A stretch of DNA of 64,000 bases from Patescibacteria group bacterium (lineage in GTDB: Bacteria; Patescibacteriota; Minisyncoccia; Phycocordibacterales; UBA918): assembly GCA_018608435.1 (NCBI GenBank), contig JABAZV010000006.1, positions 31,692 to 95,691 on the forward strand. Direction: 5' to 3'. Below are positions 40,701 to 47,589 of this stretch, in pieces; position 1 is the first letter of the stretch; the number at the start of each line of letters is the position of its first letter. Below the pieces are notes generated by a model. The model saw only the letters and a program-made list of their open reading frames with translations, had not been told where the DNA came from and did not search any database. The position numbers were made by a program, and so were the translations under genes.

Positions 40701-43700
40701 TCGCAAACTGGCGGCTCTGGTATTACTGTTGGTGGTTCTGTTATTACCCAAAATCCAGCTAAGAACTTTACCCAAAATCGGTTCGCTCGTAACGGCGCTG
40801 CTTCAGGCTTTGGTGTCACTGCGACTGGTACGAGCGTGAGTTCGTGGCGCTTCGCAAATCATACTGGCGATATTTCGGGCGAAAGTTTTGACGTCGATCC
40901 TGATGGCGATCCTGGTTACGTGGCTTGGGATGATTCAGCTGCTTTAATTACAATTTCTGGTGTCGTGTACAGCGATGAAGGAAGTACAGTTTCAGCTATT
41001 TGTGACGGTTCGACCAACAACATTGTTTTGCGCGTAGCAGGAATCACAACTTACACTTCGAGCTGTAACGCGACGACTGGAGTGTACAGTGTGACCAGCG
41101 TTTCGTACGGCGCGAGCGATTCGCTTGTCGCTTTCATCGACGGCGAAGCGGTTGAGGGAACGACGGTTTCAAAGGAACCAATTTCAAACATTGGTAACTT
41201 TGATATCTACGAAAATCGAGTTATCGTCCGCCACGAAGACGTGAATCCGATCACCATTGCTGACATGGCTGTGTGGGATTCTTCAGACGATGCCGACATT
41301 TTGTTTACAGCAGTCGATGCAGGAAGTGACACTCTTACACTGCCAGCCGACACGAAGTTGATTATCTGGAACGGAAAAACTTTTGCACCAGCAGGCGACG
41401 TTACTCTTTCAGGTGGCGGAGCAGGCGCTGTATATGACGGAACGCTGGAGCTTTACGACAACGCAGTTTGGTCTGGCACAGGGACCGAGTCGATCGACAT
41501 TGGCGGCAGCTTGATTTCAGGTACCGGTGCGATCTTTACCGCTGGTAACGGAACTACAACTTTTACAACAGTTGATGCTGGCCGAACGATAGGTGTGAAC
41601 GAAGCTGGTTTCTACAACCTTACTGTTACTGGATCGGGTGATCTTACTTTCACTGACTCCACGCTCACTGTCCTTGGCGATTATGCACAAACAGCCGGAA
41701 CAGTTACTCTCCCGTCTGCTACTTCTACTTTCTCTGGATCTTTCACAAACAGTGGCACAAGCTTCGACGCAAACGACGGCTTTGCTTACTTCACAGGCTC
41801 TGGAACGCATAGTGTTGCGCTTGGCGGATCAGACTTAGCACTAGTAGAATTCGCTGGCGGCACTTACGTGTGGAGTGATACAGATGCAACTACAACCAAA
41901 TCTATCCTTATTTCTAGCGGTAGTTTGACACTGCCAAGCGGCAAGCTTACAGTCGGCGGCAACTTTGAAAACGTAGACGGAACACTTGCACACAATACCT
42001 CTGAACTTGTCTTTACTGCCTCCACGACAGCTTTTCTTTTAGCTTCAAGTTCAGATTTGTACGAAGTGAGGTTTGTCGGTGGCGGTGACTACACGCTGGT
42101 AGATGAAGGTCTGGCGTTGCTCGACAGCCTTACAGTTTCGAGCGGAACTCTTGCTTTGGCTTCAGGCACGCTTTCAATCGGCGGTAGCTTCGACGCTTCG
42201 GGCGGTAGCTTCGACCACGCTTCAGGCACTATCCTGTTCAACTCTGCTGATACGGGAGAATTTATCGATGCTGGCACGAGCGATTTCTACGCAGTACAAA
42301 TAAGCGCTCCGACCGGCGGCTACACTCTCATCGGCAGCGCTACTACTACAAACAATTTCACTTTGGCTGCGGCTAATACTTTCGTCGCTCAATCAGGCAG
42401 TTCGCTCGTGGTTGAAGGAGTGTTTACTAACCTTGTCGGCGGAACAAATACTACTTGGTCTGGCAGCACTCTCACACTTGCTGGTCAAAACACTTACACC
42501 GTAAACACAAAAATAAACGGTGGCGATAATTACGACACGCTCGTTCTGGGGGCAAATAGTGACATTCGCTTGTGGGATTCTGCTGCGACCACTACTACTG
42601 TGGCGAATAATTCATCACTATATTCACAAGATAACAACTCCGTTGACGGCGCGCTCAACATTTATGGCGACTTCCATATCGCAACTACAACCGAGTATTG
42701 GAGCTACGCAACTGACTTCGATGGTACTGATCTTTCTGGCGGTAGCGAGCGCATGGTAACTGTTTCGCACGCAACCAGCGCAACCACTACTTTAGATGGC
42801 GGAACATTACAGATAGTTGGAGTCAGTGGAAATGAGACCCTTATAACTAATCAAGGTTCTGGTACGTTCGATATGGGAGTTGAAGCAGGAACTTTTACTG
42901 CAAACTATTATCAATATCGTAATCTTGCTTCTGCTGGACTAGCTCTTTCGGGCACTCCGGTCATTACTTCGCTTTCTTACGGCGACTTTGAGCTGGCAGT
43001 CTCTGGCGGCAGTCTCATTACTCTTTCATCTACCACGCTCAACGCCAATGCGTCGCTTATAATTACTGGCAATAGTTTTGCTACGACATCAGCCATCACA
43101 GGGAACAACGTTACTCTCACGGGTAGTACAAGCAACGCTTGGACATTCGTCTCGCACTCAGGCAATCTAGATGGCGAAAATTACGATGCTGACGGCGCGA
43201 CCGCTTGTGGACAGATTCGCTGGAACGACAGCGCTTGTTTGCTCACCCAGCAAACTAATTACCGCTGGCGTAATGATGACGGAGGCCTTGGAGTAGACAG
43301 TGACGAATGGTACAGCGCGAGTTGGGCAGCGCGGCAATATGTACGAGTGCAAAATGCCGACGCCACGACTTATGCCGACGCAGTGGTTAAGATGACTGTT
43401 CCTTATGATGGAGATATGCAATCAGACTTCGATGATCTGCGCGTTACTTCAGGCGATGGAACAACACTGCTTTCACACTGGATCGGAGCTTCGACTGCCG
43501 CAACTGAAGCTGAGCTATGGGTAAAAATTCCAACTCTCACAGCAGAAGCTGTCACTGACCTTTATCTTTATTACAATAATCCAACTGCCACCAGTACCGC
43601 TTCCAGCACAGCTGTCTTTATCGCAGTCGATGACTTTGAAGACAATGACATAAATGAATATTCTGGCCAAACAAGTCTCTTTAATGTCGGTACTAGCTTT

Positions 43701-45536
43701 AATTACGACGGCAGTTATGGTCTCGACAACTCCGGTAGCGAATCAGGTCGAGCCAACACAGGTGGTATTTATAGATTCGATCAAACTGTTAGTCAGGGAG
43801 AAACCTTTAGTTATCAGCAGTATGTAGACACCAGTGCTGGTACAAGTGACGAAGTATGTACTATGTTTGGTGTTCAATCACCAGGTTCTACCAATCTAAA
43901 TTATGCTATTTGTCTTGAGCAGTTTGGAGTAGACAGAATTTCACTGGTGAAAGACGTAGTTGACAATGATGCCTCTGGAACAATTATTGCATCATCAACA
44001 GTAACCTTCACAACTGGCTGGTACAACATCGAAGTTGATTGGGACACAGACGATTCTTTCAATGTGTCATTGTTCAATCCATCTGGCAGCGAAGTGGCAA
44101 ACTTCACCGGATCAGACAGTACATATACTTCAGGAGGATACGGCTTCACTTTCTGGTTCCATAATGGTGGCTGGGACAGTGTCCATTCACGTCCAATCAT
44201 TACTACGACACCAACGGTGCAGCTTGGCTCAGAACAGGTTGATGGTGGAGCTAGTTGGAATGCTACTCAAAATACCCTTGGTATATACGAAGTAAATGAC
44301 ATCGCGCGTTTACGTCTTTCAGTCGAGAATTCTGGCTTGGCTATCACTAACCAACAGTACCGACTCGAATACGCTGCACTAGATTCTGCTCCTAGTTGTG
44401 AGGCTGTTGATACGTCTGATTATGTAGCCGTACCAGTACAGGCAAGTTGTGGAACTTCACCGCTTTGTATGCAAAGTTCAACTCAGGCAACAAACGGAGC
44501 AGCTACAGCCGAACTCCTGACAAATGTATCTGGTACTTTTACAGCGGGTGAAGTAAGAGAAGATCCTTCAAACACTACTGGGAATATTGACATCGACCAA
44601 GACTTTTACACTGAGTTAGAGTATGCCGTTACTCCAACTGAAAATGTCGTGGACCAAAATCTTTGTTTGCGAGTTACTAACAGTGGCACCGATCTTGACA
44701 CCTACCTTAAAGTCGCCCAGCTTGTATTGCGTTTTGATCCGACATTAGGTGCTATTACATTTAATGACGGTTTGCCTATTTCTCTTGTCCCAGGTACGAC
44801 TACTTTGGTTTATGCAACAGGAACCGTAACCGACCTCAACGGCTTTGCCGATTTGGTGCTGGCGAGTTCTACTTTCTATCGTAGCGGTGTGGCTGGCGGC
44901 GCAGCTTGTACTCTTGATAATAACAATTGTTACTCTTCAACTCTGTCTAATAGCTGTGCGTTTACAAACTGTTCAGGTAACAGCTGTGTCTTGGAATGTA
45001 CAGCCGAAGTTTATTATCACGCTGATCCAACTGATTCTGGGAGTACCTTTGAAGGACAAGAATGGTTGGCGTTTCTTGAAGTTGAAGACACGGGTGGTGG
45101 CTACGACTTTGGCTCAGGGCTTGGTATAGAAATGAACACTCTCCGCGCTATTGATGTTATTGGTGCGATTGATTATGGCGCTTTGGCTGTAAACTCTGAC
45201 ACTGCTGCTTACAACGCTTCTACTTCTGTATTAAACTACGGAAACGTGGAGGTTGACCTCGAAGTGTATGGTTCGGATTTGTCTGATGGATTGAGCTCTG
45301 TCATCCCGGCTGATCAACAAAAATTTGCTACCAGTACATTTACTTATTCTTCTTGTGGCCTGAGTTGTTCTTTGCTCTCAAGTACTTCGCCTTTGTCTCT
45401 CGATGTTGATCTGACCAAGCCGACCACTAACGCTCCGCCGGTAGAAGACGAAGTGTACTGGGGAATAGCGGTTCCGATTGGAGTCAATAGCGTTCCTCAC
45501 CAAGGAATTAACGTCTTTACTCCAGTTAGTCCATAA
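28737..45536 (+). CDS. Giant cell-surface protein (5599 aa): N-terminal signal anchor, acidic low-complexity region, three phage tail-collar (MDP-like) domains, FN3-like domains, a six-bladed WNGTxW repeat propeller-like region, a long beta-helix region including three tandem ~800-aa super-repeats, and a DUF2341/LamG-like C-terminus
   Basis: This is a single uninterrupted ORF. The tail-collar motifs are GGAATHTHTTSG...SNLPPYRQLRVIRY, GGTTTHTHGISG...NTHTHTVT...SNEPPYITVLLAEL and GGGETHDHADVTG...THTHSVSVTGF..SNLPPYVTVVFGKR. The FN3 region includes TYYWHVRARDPEGSDDWSEWSS. The repeat YYVWNGTSWTSG recurs six times at about 50-aa spacing. The beta-helix modules repeat GTVT(L/F)PxxxxTxxGSFxxxGGSFxHxxGT. 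The DUF2341-like region is DLRVTSGDGTTLLSHWIGAST..AELWVKIPTL....DLYLYYNNPTA. Confidence 0.9.
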   Translation: MKKNKPHNSSENKNKSIFKAPFGILQLINGFKLSLKFTLAVAVVFSLLLLQPPDVQSKRSTNISFGSDQTINIFPSQVETTDWAGLNNVLIQDLPNDALYQNFGAQSSAYVPLADLFVPQNGEPELINSQVQPQADSSSSDGSQPALPNGTSAADAAGFVENDAISLSGDQSTSTQSEEVSNEISDNPVTESDSSNADETVVAEPLLDDVPEKDDGFSVQSEPESDESTAADVSEIEEEIVVESEVEVVAEPVEDSTAETESSEPEPSAEPEEAISLIDILHPKYGVFSVTSQLFPLMQLSFVSTTEPVLEESTPLETDSGNIVDVEEDQPLPEEAAPEETFSSSIANEGVVEEIDPLSLSDEVVEIDTTTSTSEILNTESSLNTKSIESPVADDTSSALQDSPVTSNSSFLHEITLSNFDTAPLDPGQFVQGMQLRLSLAAQLNDPVADGEQAPYIEILFGQGESLETVGIILLEDEVSNALNGGYFLFALPELYDIDNLASTTVSVRYMGEADLLDGMFLDAAWLELDTKIITKEDLEARGNAAAIKKLDLPTASTLISDQVNFRRDETPVFNLRYNSKRNTVLRGLRDLFGRDLVEVESALVKHRGTGLLGITPEINITNDGLLTVSINEKDRKKLRPGQYTVEITYKEGGETIIDTFDFQWGILTTNPNKSEYEVGETAQISVGVLTPTGHTVCDANLDLYVTDPEGFVSRYLVDPSGLCDGNNVIDVPDFSTFVPVTTAGVYELYLERLDDDGSVLGFTTDTFNAVPLQQTISIERTGPTRIYPLAPYTMSLKVDSAGDFDGTLTEYVPASFVVFDTDASVEREGEWLKLVWDLSVSASGTETISYQFDAPDISPYLFTLGPARLDSNDASTASSTEKTARNNVFIEHRRWQIASDAVGKMLLFWDDGAAIPAGWVCVSCAPADPFYQRFIMGSSTYNSTGGAATHTHTTSGSVLASLLSTTESGSGTIAPVSHTHTYTPTISGESNLPPYRQLRVIRYDTAAGEPATIPAGAIGIFDVASSSLPANWNRYGAQDGSFIYGEDTPATTGGTTTHTHGISGTTGASAGAGTRVRGGGTQVSGAGNTHTHTVTASSDSHSNEPPYITVLLAELSVDSAPTNGLIAMWDEDIDDGWLSLSADSEAFSNRFIKPTTTYGTTGGGETHDHADVTGITSSAPSATQNARSGSSGSDGTHTHSVSVTGFSTESNLPPYVTVVFGKRQGTSPVYEQLSSRWYANNESAQTPTEPWPNDAGVIDLAEDEPITATSSPVKNGEEVRLRINVGVTNATSTAGEEFQLQYTAANICTDGSAVWSDVGDVASSTAFWRGYNNVSITDHGTLSSTLLASSTVEATYEENGYSTTTPNDISVGEYGEWDFVLQHNGALAGTNYCFRMVEKAGATFQSYTQYPQIYTNESPNQPTLSKLFDAEKTASTSPWFYFVASDTEGENIHYEIEIADNYAFASPAVSKDTISNSSQFENQLLISDKAPFRQGELMKFTPSASFTNGTTYYWHVRARDPEGSDDWSEWSSINSFTIDTALTASAWFQTETEQFDENILDRVDTATDQADIAAGSTTAAMTGGLIDFTDGEMGTAWDSLTFNETDGSGVLLYQIEYLDNSDTWTLIPDVDLPGNSTGFNTSPVNLLSLDVETYNSIRVVADFSANTGTPSLQDWTINWGYRVDTPMIASLFANEQTGTTTPTLEFTTTDPQNDSLTYQLQWSLTPDFAASTTRTSDADAGFTNINTGADLDPFNSGDTIQFTVQAADALTGSTTYWWRVRAKDTTGDDAYSFWTDAQSFTVIPGTEVSTWFQTSADQFSSNILSGTTPIGIGAVTVATTAVEAMIVYGEGTLTSPRYRQWDGTNLGAEDSMQDIDSPLKWAVVRAAPTREEYVAATVGTDADVNAQVFSTGSWENLQEMTISVGNINARGFDVAYETLSGDALVVYCDGDADPSYYVWNGTSWTSGGTINLASINNCEWIKLAADPVSDEIVLMARDSDGTAAASYELQVWNGTAWGNSSTQGGARNTAYETMALKYEESGGQLLSVSGDGNPARFEYNSWNGTAWAGNANDSTIADNIIWAELTRDEGTDNMTMCYVDESVAIGAINWTGAAWSGQIDLDATGNAIDDKAVSCVYESTTGRDGNLMTVYSDATNSRYRVWNGVTWSAEASVSTITDVSTIQTIRTGIGGILGLFYDDVNDAISFSDWNGSAWSAEQTVETNGSVDTVPYGQPFFMAPRNPGGEGTVVVSPALNFDDGNGPYWKTFSWNDVQPGTSEILYHLQYQTATGSWAFIPDVDLPDNVAGTSTGPYDLSLLNTGIYDTIRPYAELTCDGSGNCPELQDWKVEWAGGIVISGTAALYDETTALNSGTVAVAVNGVLQVGKTANISAGAWSITNVTTFPSDVVTVFITGAADSGEAVAVSRYDGQGDMSGMDLFERHLTLGSNDATTTPLTNADIGLYDFTNTEDIFFDLSGATLTMCADAGCSDAELYVQAGTYYEPAGAFVAHDFENNGYFTAGAYTHEINGSWDNNATTTMTGSTVVFAATSTTESVDNTGAVTPTFDNIRFGTTTGNGTWTLESELDVNGDLIVDNGTLARGTTSMLVAGDLTTGTSGFWSGIGTTTFDGADAANWSDQNAVIQNVGNVVVDGTNKVVILAGDAAAESIIIGADDTLDVSVSNYDLTVYGDWTNQNNFLARAGTVFFAATSSGQAITSAGDAFYDLSFVGINGGWSFIDTALLVNNDFAVATGTVTLPTATTTIDGSFDSTGGSFAHNNGTLLFTSDAAENITLDGDDFTNVTNNLIFDGAGTWNMLDVNATSTGNVTVSQGTVNFPSGTLAIGGSLTDDGGTFVGGTGTARFYSAGTETVTTGGSSFNNLTFDGAGDWSFVDTNSTIAGDLLVLQGTTTFPTGNLLIGGSYQNAATVDANSGTVTFDSADTGEAIDFGNSALYDVSFTSVSGGWTITAVATTTNNFSLVAGSDFTLDSGQILSVGANFTNSIGGASTTWTGSTLSLENGAYSINTKTDNGDVYETLRISATADVKMWNSSAATYNVLTGGSLYSQDHTEVDGELYIFGAYENIGGNEYWSYATDFDGADLIASSSERQAQVYFASGGSALLTNSSFEMLGDSTASSTVQNQGSGTYGVTVESGTTTAQYYEFNNLGGSGLSLLDSSNVISLRDGYFEVTGVAGTALTLASSTIDANPAKQIYNVTFATSSAIFANNVTQSGAAPTSYWWFRDGFGNLYGEAKDNDSGDPGSVRFDDSSLVLTIAGTVYTDAGTTELTGGTCDGATPVVRIMVDDVEAARVSCSAADGSYSAAGIIVIGDPTITVYLDNASGGEQGSAITRTPTADIADMDIYANRVIVRNEDAAALTIENLAVLDSSDDADLNYSAATSTSGDTLSVASGNELFVWASSTFTPSGAVTLAGEAAANSYDGTLYLAGDATFNAYSTSTVTIGGRLELESGAVFSAASTTVLMNATTTGKSITAVEEVSFNELVFDGVGGGWNLSADIRVAGDMTITNGTVTGTGDIYMEAGGLTGNGTLSLGGGTTTLATTNSLGGSTAWTFFDLTLGDAIAVGTTTPLFTSTTTVSGKLTISAAHYLDAGNTAWDLAGSGTVFEESGTFLEDTSTIRYSGANADVLDAQYYNLTLDAGAGSATYTAVTAGLIVDNDLVIGGTANTTFDLNANNVWFDVNADVFVGSNGTLSASAGNNFTIAGSYDNDGTFTANGGTLTFDGAGTIDIAAGTSDFNNLEVIATGDVTFSESATSSDLFTLTAANSFTLASGETLAVGGAFYSALADGDTTWTGTTLRLYGGNNYSLGAATSSDSYATLDIDDTTQIRMWNSDALVYDVAPTASLYSQDHAGVDGDLYIWGDYNQTSANDYWSFATDFDGTALGLATRKVDVYINSGSSVTYTNGSLSVIGDSAASTTIQNQGSGTYSLTIGGTATTEFNYYEIRDIDIVGLLLTGTPTITSLSYGDIEVSQTGGSGITVGGSVITQNPAKNFTQNRFARNGAASGFGVTATGTSVSSWRFANHTGDISGESFDVDPDGDPGYVAWDDSAALITISGVVYSDEGSTVSAICDGSTNNIVLRVAGITTYTSSCNATTGVYSVTSVSYGASDSLVAFIDGEAVEGTTVSKEPISNIGNFDIYENRVIVRHEDVNPITIADMAVWDSSDDADILFTAVDAGSDTLTLPADTKLIIWNGKTFAPAGDVTLSGGGAGAVYDGTLELYDNAVWSGTGTESIDIGGSLISGTGAIFTAGNGTTTFTTVDAGRTIGVNEAGFYNLTVTGSGDLTFTDSTLTVLGDYAQTAGTVTLPSATSTFSGSFTNSGTSFDANDGFAYFTGSGTHSVALGGSDLALVEFAGGTYVWSDTDATTTKSILISSGSLTLPSGKLTVGGNFENVDGTLAHNTSELVFTASTTAFLLASSSDLYEVRFVGGGDYTLVDEGLALLDSLTVSSGTLALASGTLSIGGSFDASGGSFDHASGTILFNSADTGEFIDAGTSDFYAVQISAPTGGYTLIGSATTTNNFTLAAANTFVAQSGSSLVVEGVFTNLVGGTNTTWSGSTLTLAGQNTYTVNTKINGGDNYDTLVLGANSDIRLWDSAATTTTVANNSSLYSQDNNSVDGALNIYGDFHIATTTEYWSYATDFDGTDLSGGSERMVTVSHATSATTTLDGGTLQIVGVSGNETLITNQGSGTFDMGVEAGTFTANYYQYRNLASAGLALSGTPVITSLSYGDFELAVSGGSLITLSSTTLNANASLIITGNSFATTSAITGNNVTLTGSTSNAWTFVSHSGNLDGENYDADGATACGQIRWNDSACLLTQQTNYRWRNDDGGLGVDSDEWYSASWAARQYVRVQNADATTYADAVVKMTVPYDGDMQSDFDDLRVTSGDGTTLLSHWIGASTAATEAELWVKIPTLTAEAVTDLYLYYNNPTATSTASSTAVFIAVDDFEDNDINEYSGQTSLFNVGTSFNYDGSYGLDNSGSESGRANTGGIYRFDQTVSQGETFSYQQYVDTSAGTSDEVCTMFGVQSPGSTNLNYAICLEQFGVDRISLVKDVVDNDASGTIIASSTVTFTTGWYNIEVDWDTDDSFNVSLFNPSGSEVANFTGSDSTYTSGGYGFTFWFHNGGWDSVHSRPIITTTPTVQLGSEQVDGGASWNATQNTLGIYEVNDIARLRLSVENSGLAITNQQYRLEYAALDSAPSCEAVDTSDYVAVPVQASCGTSPLCMQSSTQATNGAATAELLTNVSGTFTAGEVREDPSNTTGNIDIDQDFYTELEYAVTPTENVVDQNLCLRVTNSGTDLDTYLKVAQLVLRFDPTLGAITFNDGLPISLVPGTTTLVYATGTVTDLNGFADLVLASSTFYRSGVAGGAACTLDNNNCYSSTLSNSCAFTNCSGNSCVLECTAEVYYHADPTDSGSTFEGQEWLAFLEVEDTGGGYDFGSGLGIEMNTLRAIDVIGAIDYGALAVNSDTAAYNASTSVLNYGNVEVDLEVYGSDLSDGLSSVIPADQQKFATSTFTYSSCGLSCSLLSSTSPLSLDVDLTKPTTNAPPVEDEVYWGIAVPIGVNSVPHQGINVFTPVSP
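31480..32410 (+). other. Three consecutive phage tail-collar / microcystin-dependent-protein-like domains inside the 5599-aa ORF
   Basis: The motifs are quoted in the 5599-aa ORF entry. The coordinates are approximate. Confidence 0.7.
37700..43250 (+). repeat. Three tandem, diverged ~2.3-kb intragenic repeats (units beginning about 37760, 40165 and 42455; the third is shorter) encoding homologous ~800-aa beta-helix super-modules
   Basis: The protein-level alignment holds across all three units. Each begins TTW(T/S)GSTLxLxxGxxYxxxxxxxxxDxYxTLxxxxxxxxxxWxSxAxxxxVxxxxSLYSQDxxxVDGxLxIxGxxxxxxxxxYWS(Y/F)ATDFDGxxL. QNQGSGT(Y/F) recurs a fixed distance downstream. The unit boundaries are approximate. 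Confidence 0.6.
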
Positions 45537-45699
45537 TACTGATCAATCTTGCTGACCGAAGGAAAGGAATATAAAAGAGATGACTAAAGCGCAGTTCGTC
45601 CAAAGGGCGTCCTGTGCTTTTTTATGTTGTGCCTACAATTGCTAACTTTCCTCACACCTATAAAAATTTTATCTCTAACATAATGCTATTATTACAGGA

Positions 45700-47286
45700 A
45701 TGTTCCGCTCATTGCTCGGTTTTGTTTTAGCTATATTTGCGCTTGGTGGCGCAGCTTATGCTGTGGCAGCCGACGACCAGGAGGCTCCTGAGATTAACAA
45801 CGTTAAGATTGAACAGGTTGATGACAGTAGCGTTACCATCAGCTGGGAGACAGACGAAGATTCAGACTCGCTGGTAAACTACGGTCTGCAGCCTGATTAT
45901 GGCATTGTCCGTATCCCTGTGGCCGATCGAACCGCTCACTCCATTACTCTAGACAATCTGGAAGCAGGTCAGGTTTACTATTTTCGCGTAGTTTCAGCCG
46001 ACTCAAGTGGTAACCAAGGAATTTCTGCTGACTACAGAGTACAAACTTCTGGCGAATCAAATGATGGTAAAGATGCAGGTACTGATGACGGAGTTGGCGA
46101 AGGTGCTGCTGATGGTGTTGGTAGCGGTGTGCAGGCTGGTGATGATTCAGGTGAATCTTCAGATACACAAACTCAATCTGAATCTGAAACTGAATTCGAC
46201 ACCAATACAGCGTCACAAGAGCAAAGTCAAACCGTGCAAGAAATAATCGAGCAAATTAACAAGATCGGTAATCCTGAGCAGCTAGAAGAGATTTTAAACG
46301 AAACAATCAAGGCTATAAAAGGAATCACCGAAGATCTAACTATCGTTGGGCCGCCAACTGTCATCCCTGAGACAAACACAGCCGTCGTTAGTTGGATCAC
46401 TGACCGAGAAGCTTCTTCAAAGGTTTTGTTCTCGGCTACTAATGGATTTGACGGCTTTAATTATGAGTATTCGCAAGAGTCTACCCAGCCACCGACTACT
46501 GATCATGAGATTAGACTCATTGGGCTTGACCCGTTTACAGAGTACAGCTTTAAAGTTATTTCAGATGACAGTTTTGGTATTAGCGGAGAAAGTAGAAACT
46601 TCACTTTTACTACAAAGGCCACTGCGCCAGATATTCGTAATTTGCGTGTGTTGAAGGTAGAAGAAAATGCAGCTACGCTAGCTTGGGATACAAATGTGCC
46701 AACTAAAGCTTTGGTAGATTTTCAAGACCAGACAACTGGAGAACAGCAATCAGTCGGTCGTCCAACCCTTTCAACTACTCACCAGATGCGTTTGGCCGAT
46801 CTTACGCTTGGAACACGTTATGTCGCTTTTGTGACAGCTGAAAACTCAGGTGGGGATCGCGAGCGCAGTCGGCCAGTACAATTCATTACTGTGCGTGACA
46901 CCGCTTCGCCGATTATCACTAATGTTACAAATGAATCAACTCTTTTTCCAGGCAGTGAGTCGCGTATTCAAACTATTGTGGAATGGGATACAGACGAGCC
47001 AGCCAACTGTTTGCTTACATACCAAGAAGGAGTGGCTGGCGGAACTGATCCGTATACAGTAGAAAAAGAAGTGCTTGAGTACAATACAGGACATGTTGAA
47101 GTTATCGTAGACTTCGCTCCAGCAACTGTTTATCAGTTTTTCCTGACTTGCGTCGATGAGGCTGGTAATGAAGTTAAGTCTGAAAACTTCGTACTCTTTA
47201 CTCCAATCCAAGAGAAGAACATTATTGATCTTATCCTCGAAAACTTCGAAAGCACCTTCGGCTGGGTCAAAAACATCAGTGGATAA
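45700..47286 (+). CDS. Secreted protein with four fibronectin type III-like domains and an acidic linker
   Basis: It has a signal peptide. The FN3 patterns are VTISWETDEDSDSLVNYGL...YYFRVVSADSSGN, TAVVSWITD...YSFKVISDD, ATLAWDTNVPTKALVDF...YVAFVTAEN and IQTIVEWDTDEPANCLLTY...YQFFLTCVDEAGN. Confidence 0.75.
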   Translation: MFRSLLGFVLAIFALGGAAYAVAADDQEAPEINNVKIEQVDDSSVTISWETDEDSDSLVNYGLQPDYGIVRIPVADRTAHSITLDNLEAGQVYYFRVVSADSSGNQGISADYRVQTSGESNDGKDAGTDDGVGEGAADGVGSGVQAGDDSGESSDTQTQSESETEFDTNTASQEQSQTVQEIIEQINKIGNPEQLEEILNETIKAIKGITEDLTIVGPPTVIPETNTAVVSWITDREASSKVLFSATNGFDGFNYEYSQESTQPPTTDHEIRLIGLDPFTEYSFKVISDDSFGISGESRNFTFTTKATAPDIRNLRVLKVEENAATLAWDTNVPTKALVDFQDQTTGEQQSVGRPTLSTTHQMRLADLTLGTRYVAFVTAENSGGDRERSRPVQFITVRDTASPIITNVTNESTLFPGSESRIQTIVEWDTDEPANCLLTYQEGVAGGTDPYTVEKEVLEYNTGHVEVIVDFAPATVYQFFLTCVDEAGNEVKSENFVLFTPIQEKNIIDLILENFESTFGWVKNISG

Positions 47287-47340
47287 AAAGCAACTGGCGT
47301 TGCTTTTTATCCGATTCCGGCGCGAGCCGGAAATTCCCGA
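47282..47340 (+). terminator. Tandem hairpins after the FN3 gene (13-bp perfect stem GATAAAAAGCAAC-TGGC-GTTGCTTTTTATC, then TTCCGGC-GCGA-GCCGGAA)
   Basis: I read this in the sequence. The second hairpin is followed by ATTCCCGATTTCGTTT. Confidence 0.6.
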
Positions 47341-47589
47341 TTTCGTTTAGACAAGGGAATAGGTGGGCACCAGCTTCAAGCAGCAAAACTTGTGCTCCGC
47401 ACAAACTATCTCTCCCAATTCTCTTGCGGCAGGTTTTGTCTGTTCTAAGCGATAACACTCCACGTGATGACGTTACGACCAGGCAGAGTTAAGTTGAGTT
47501 TTCTCTAATTTACATCGTCACTTACTTATTCTCAGCTTTGTCCCAAGCACAATTTGTTCAACAGTGGTTAACCATGTATTATAAAATTA

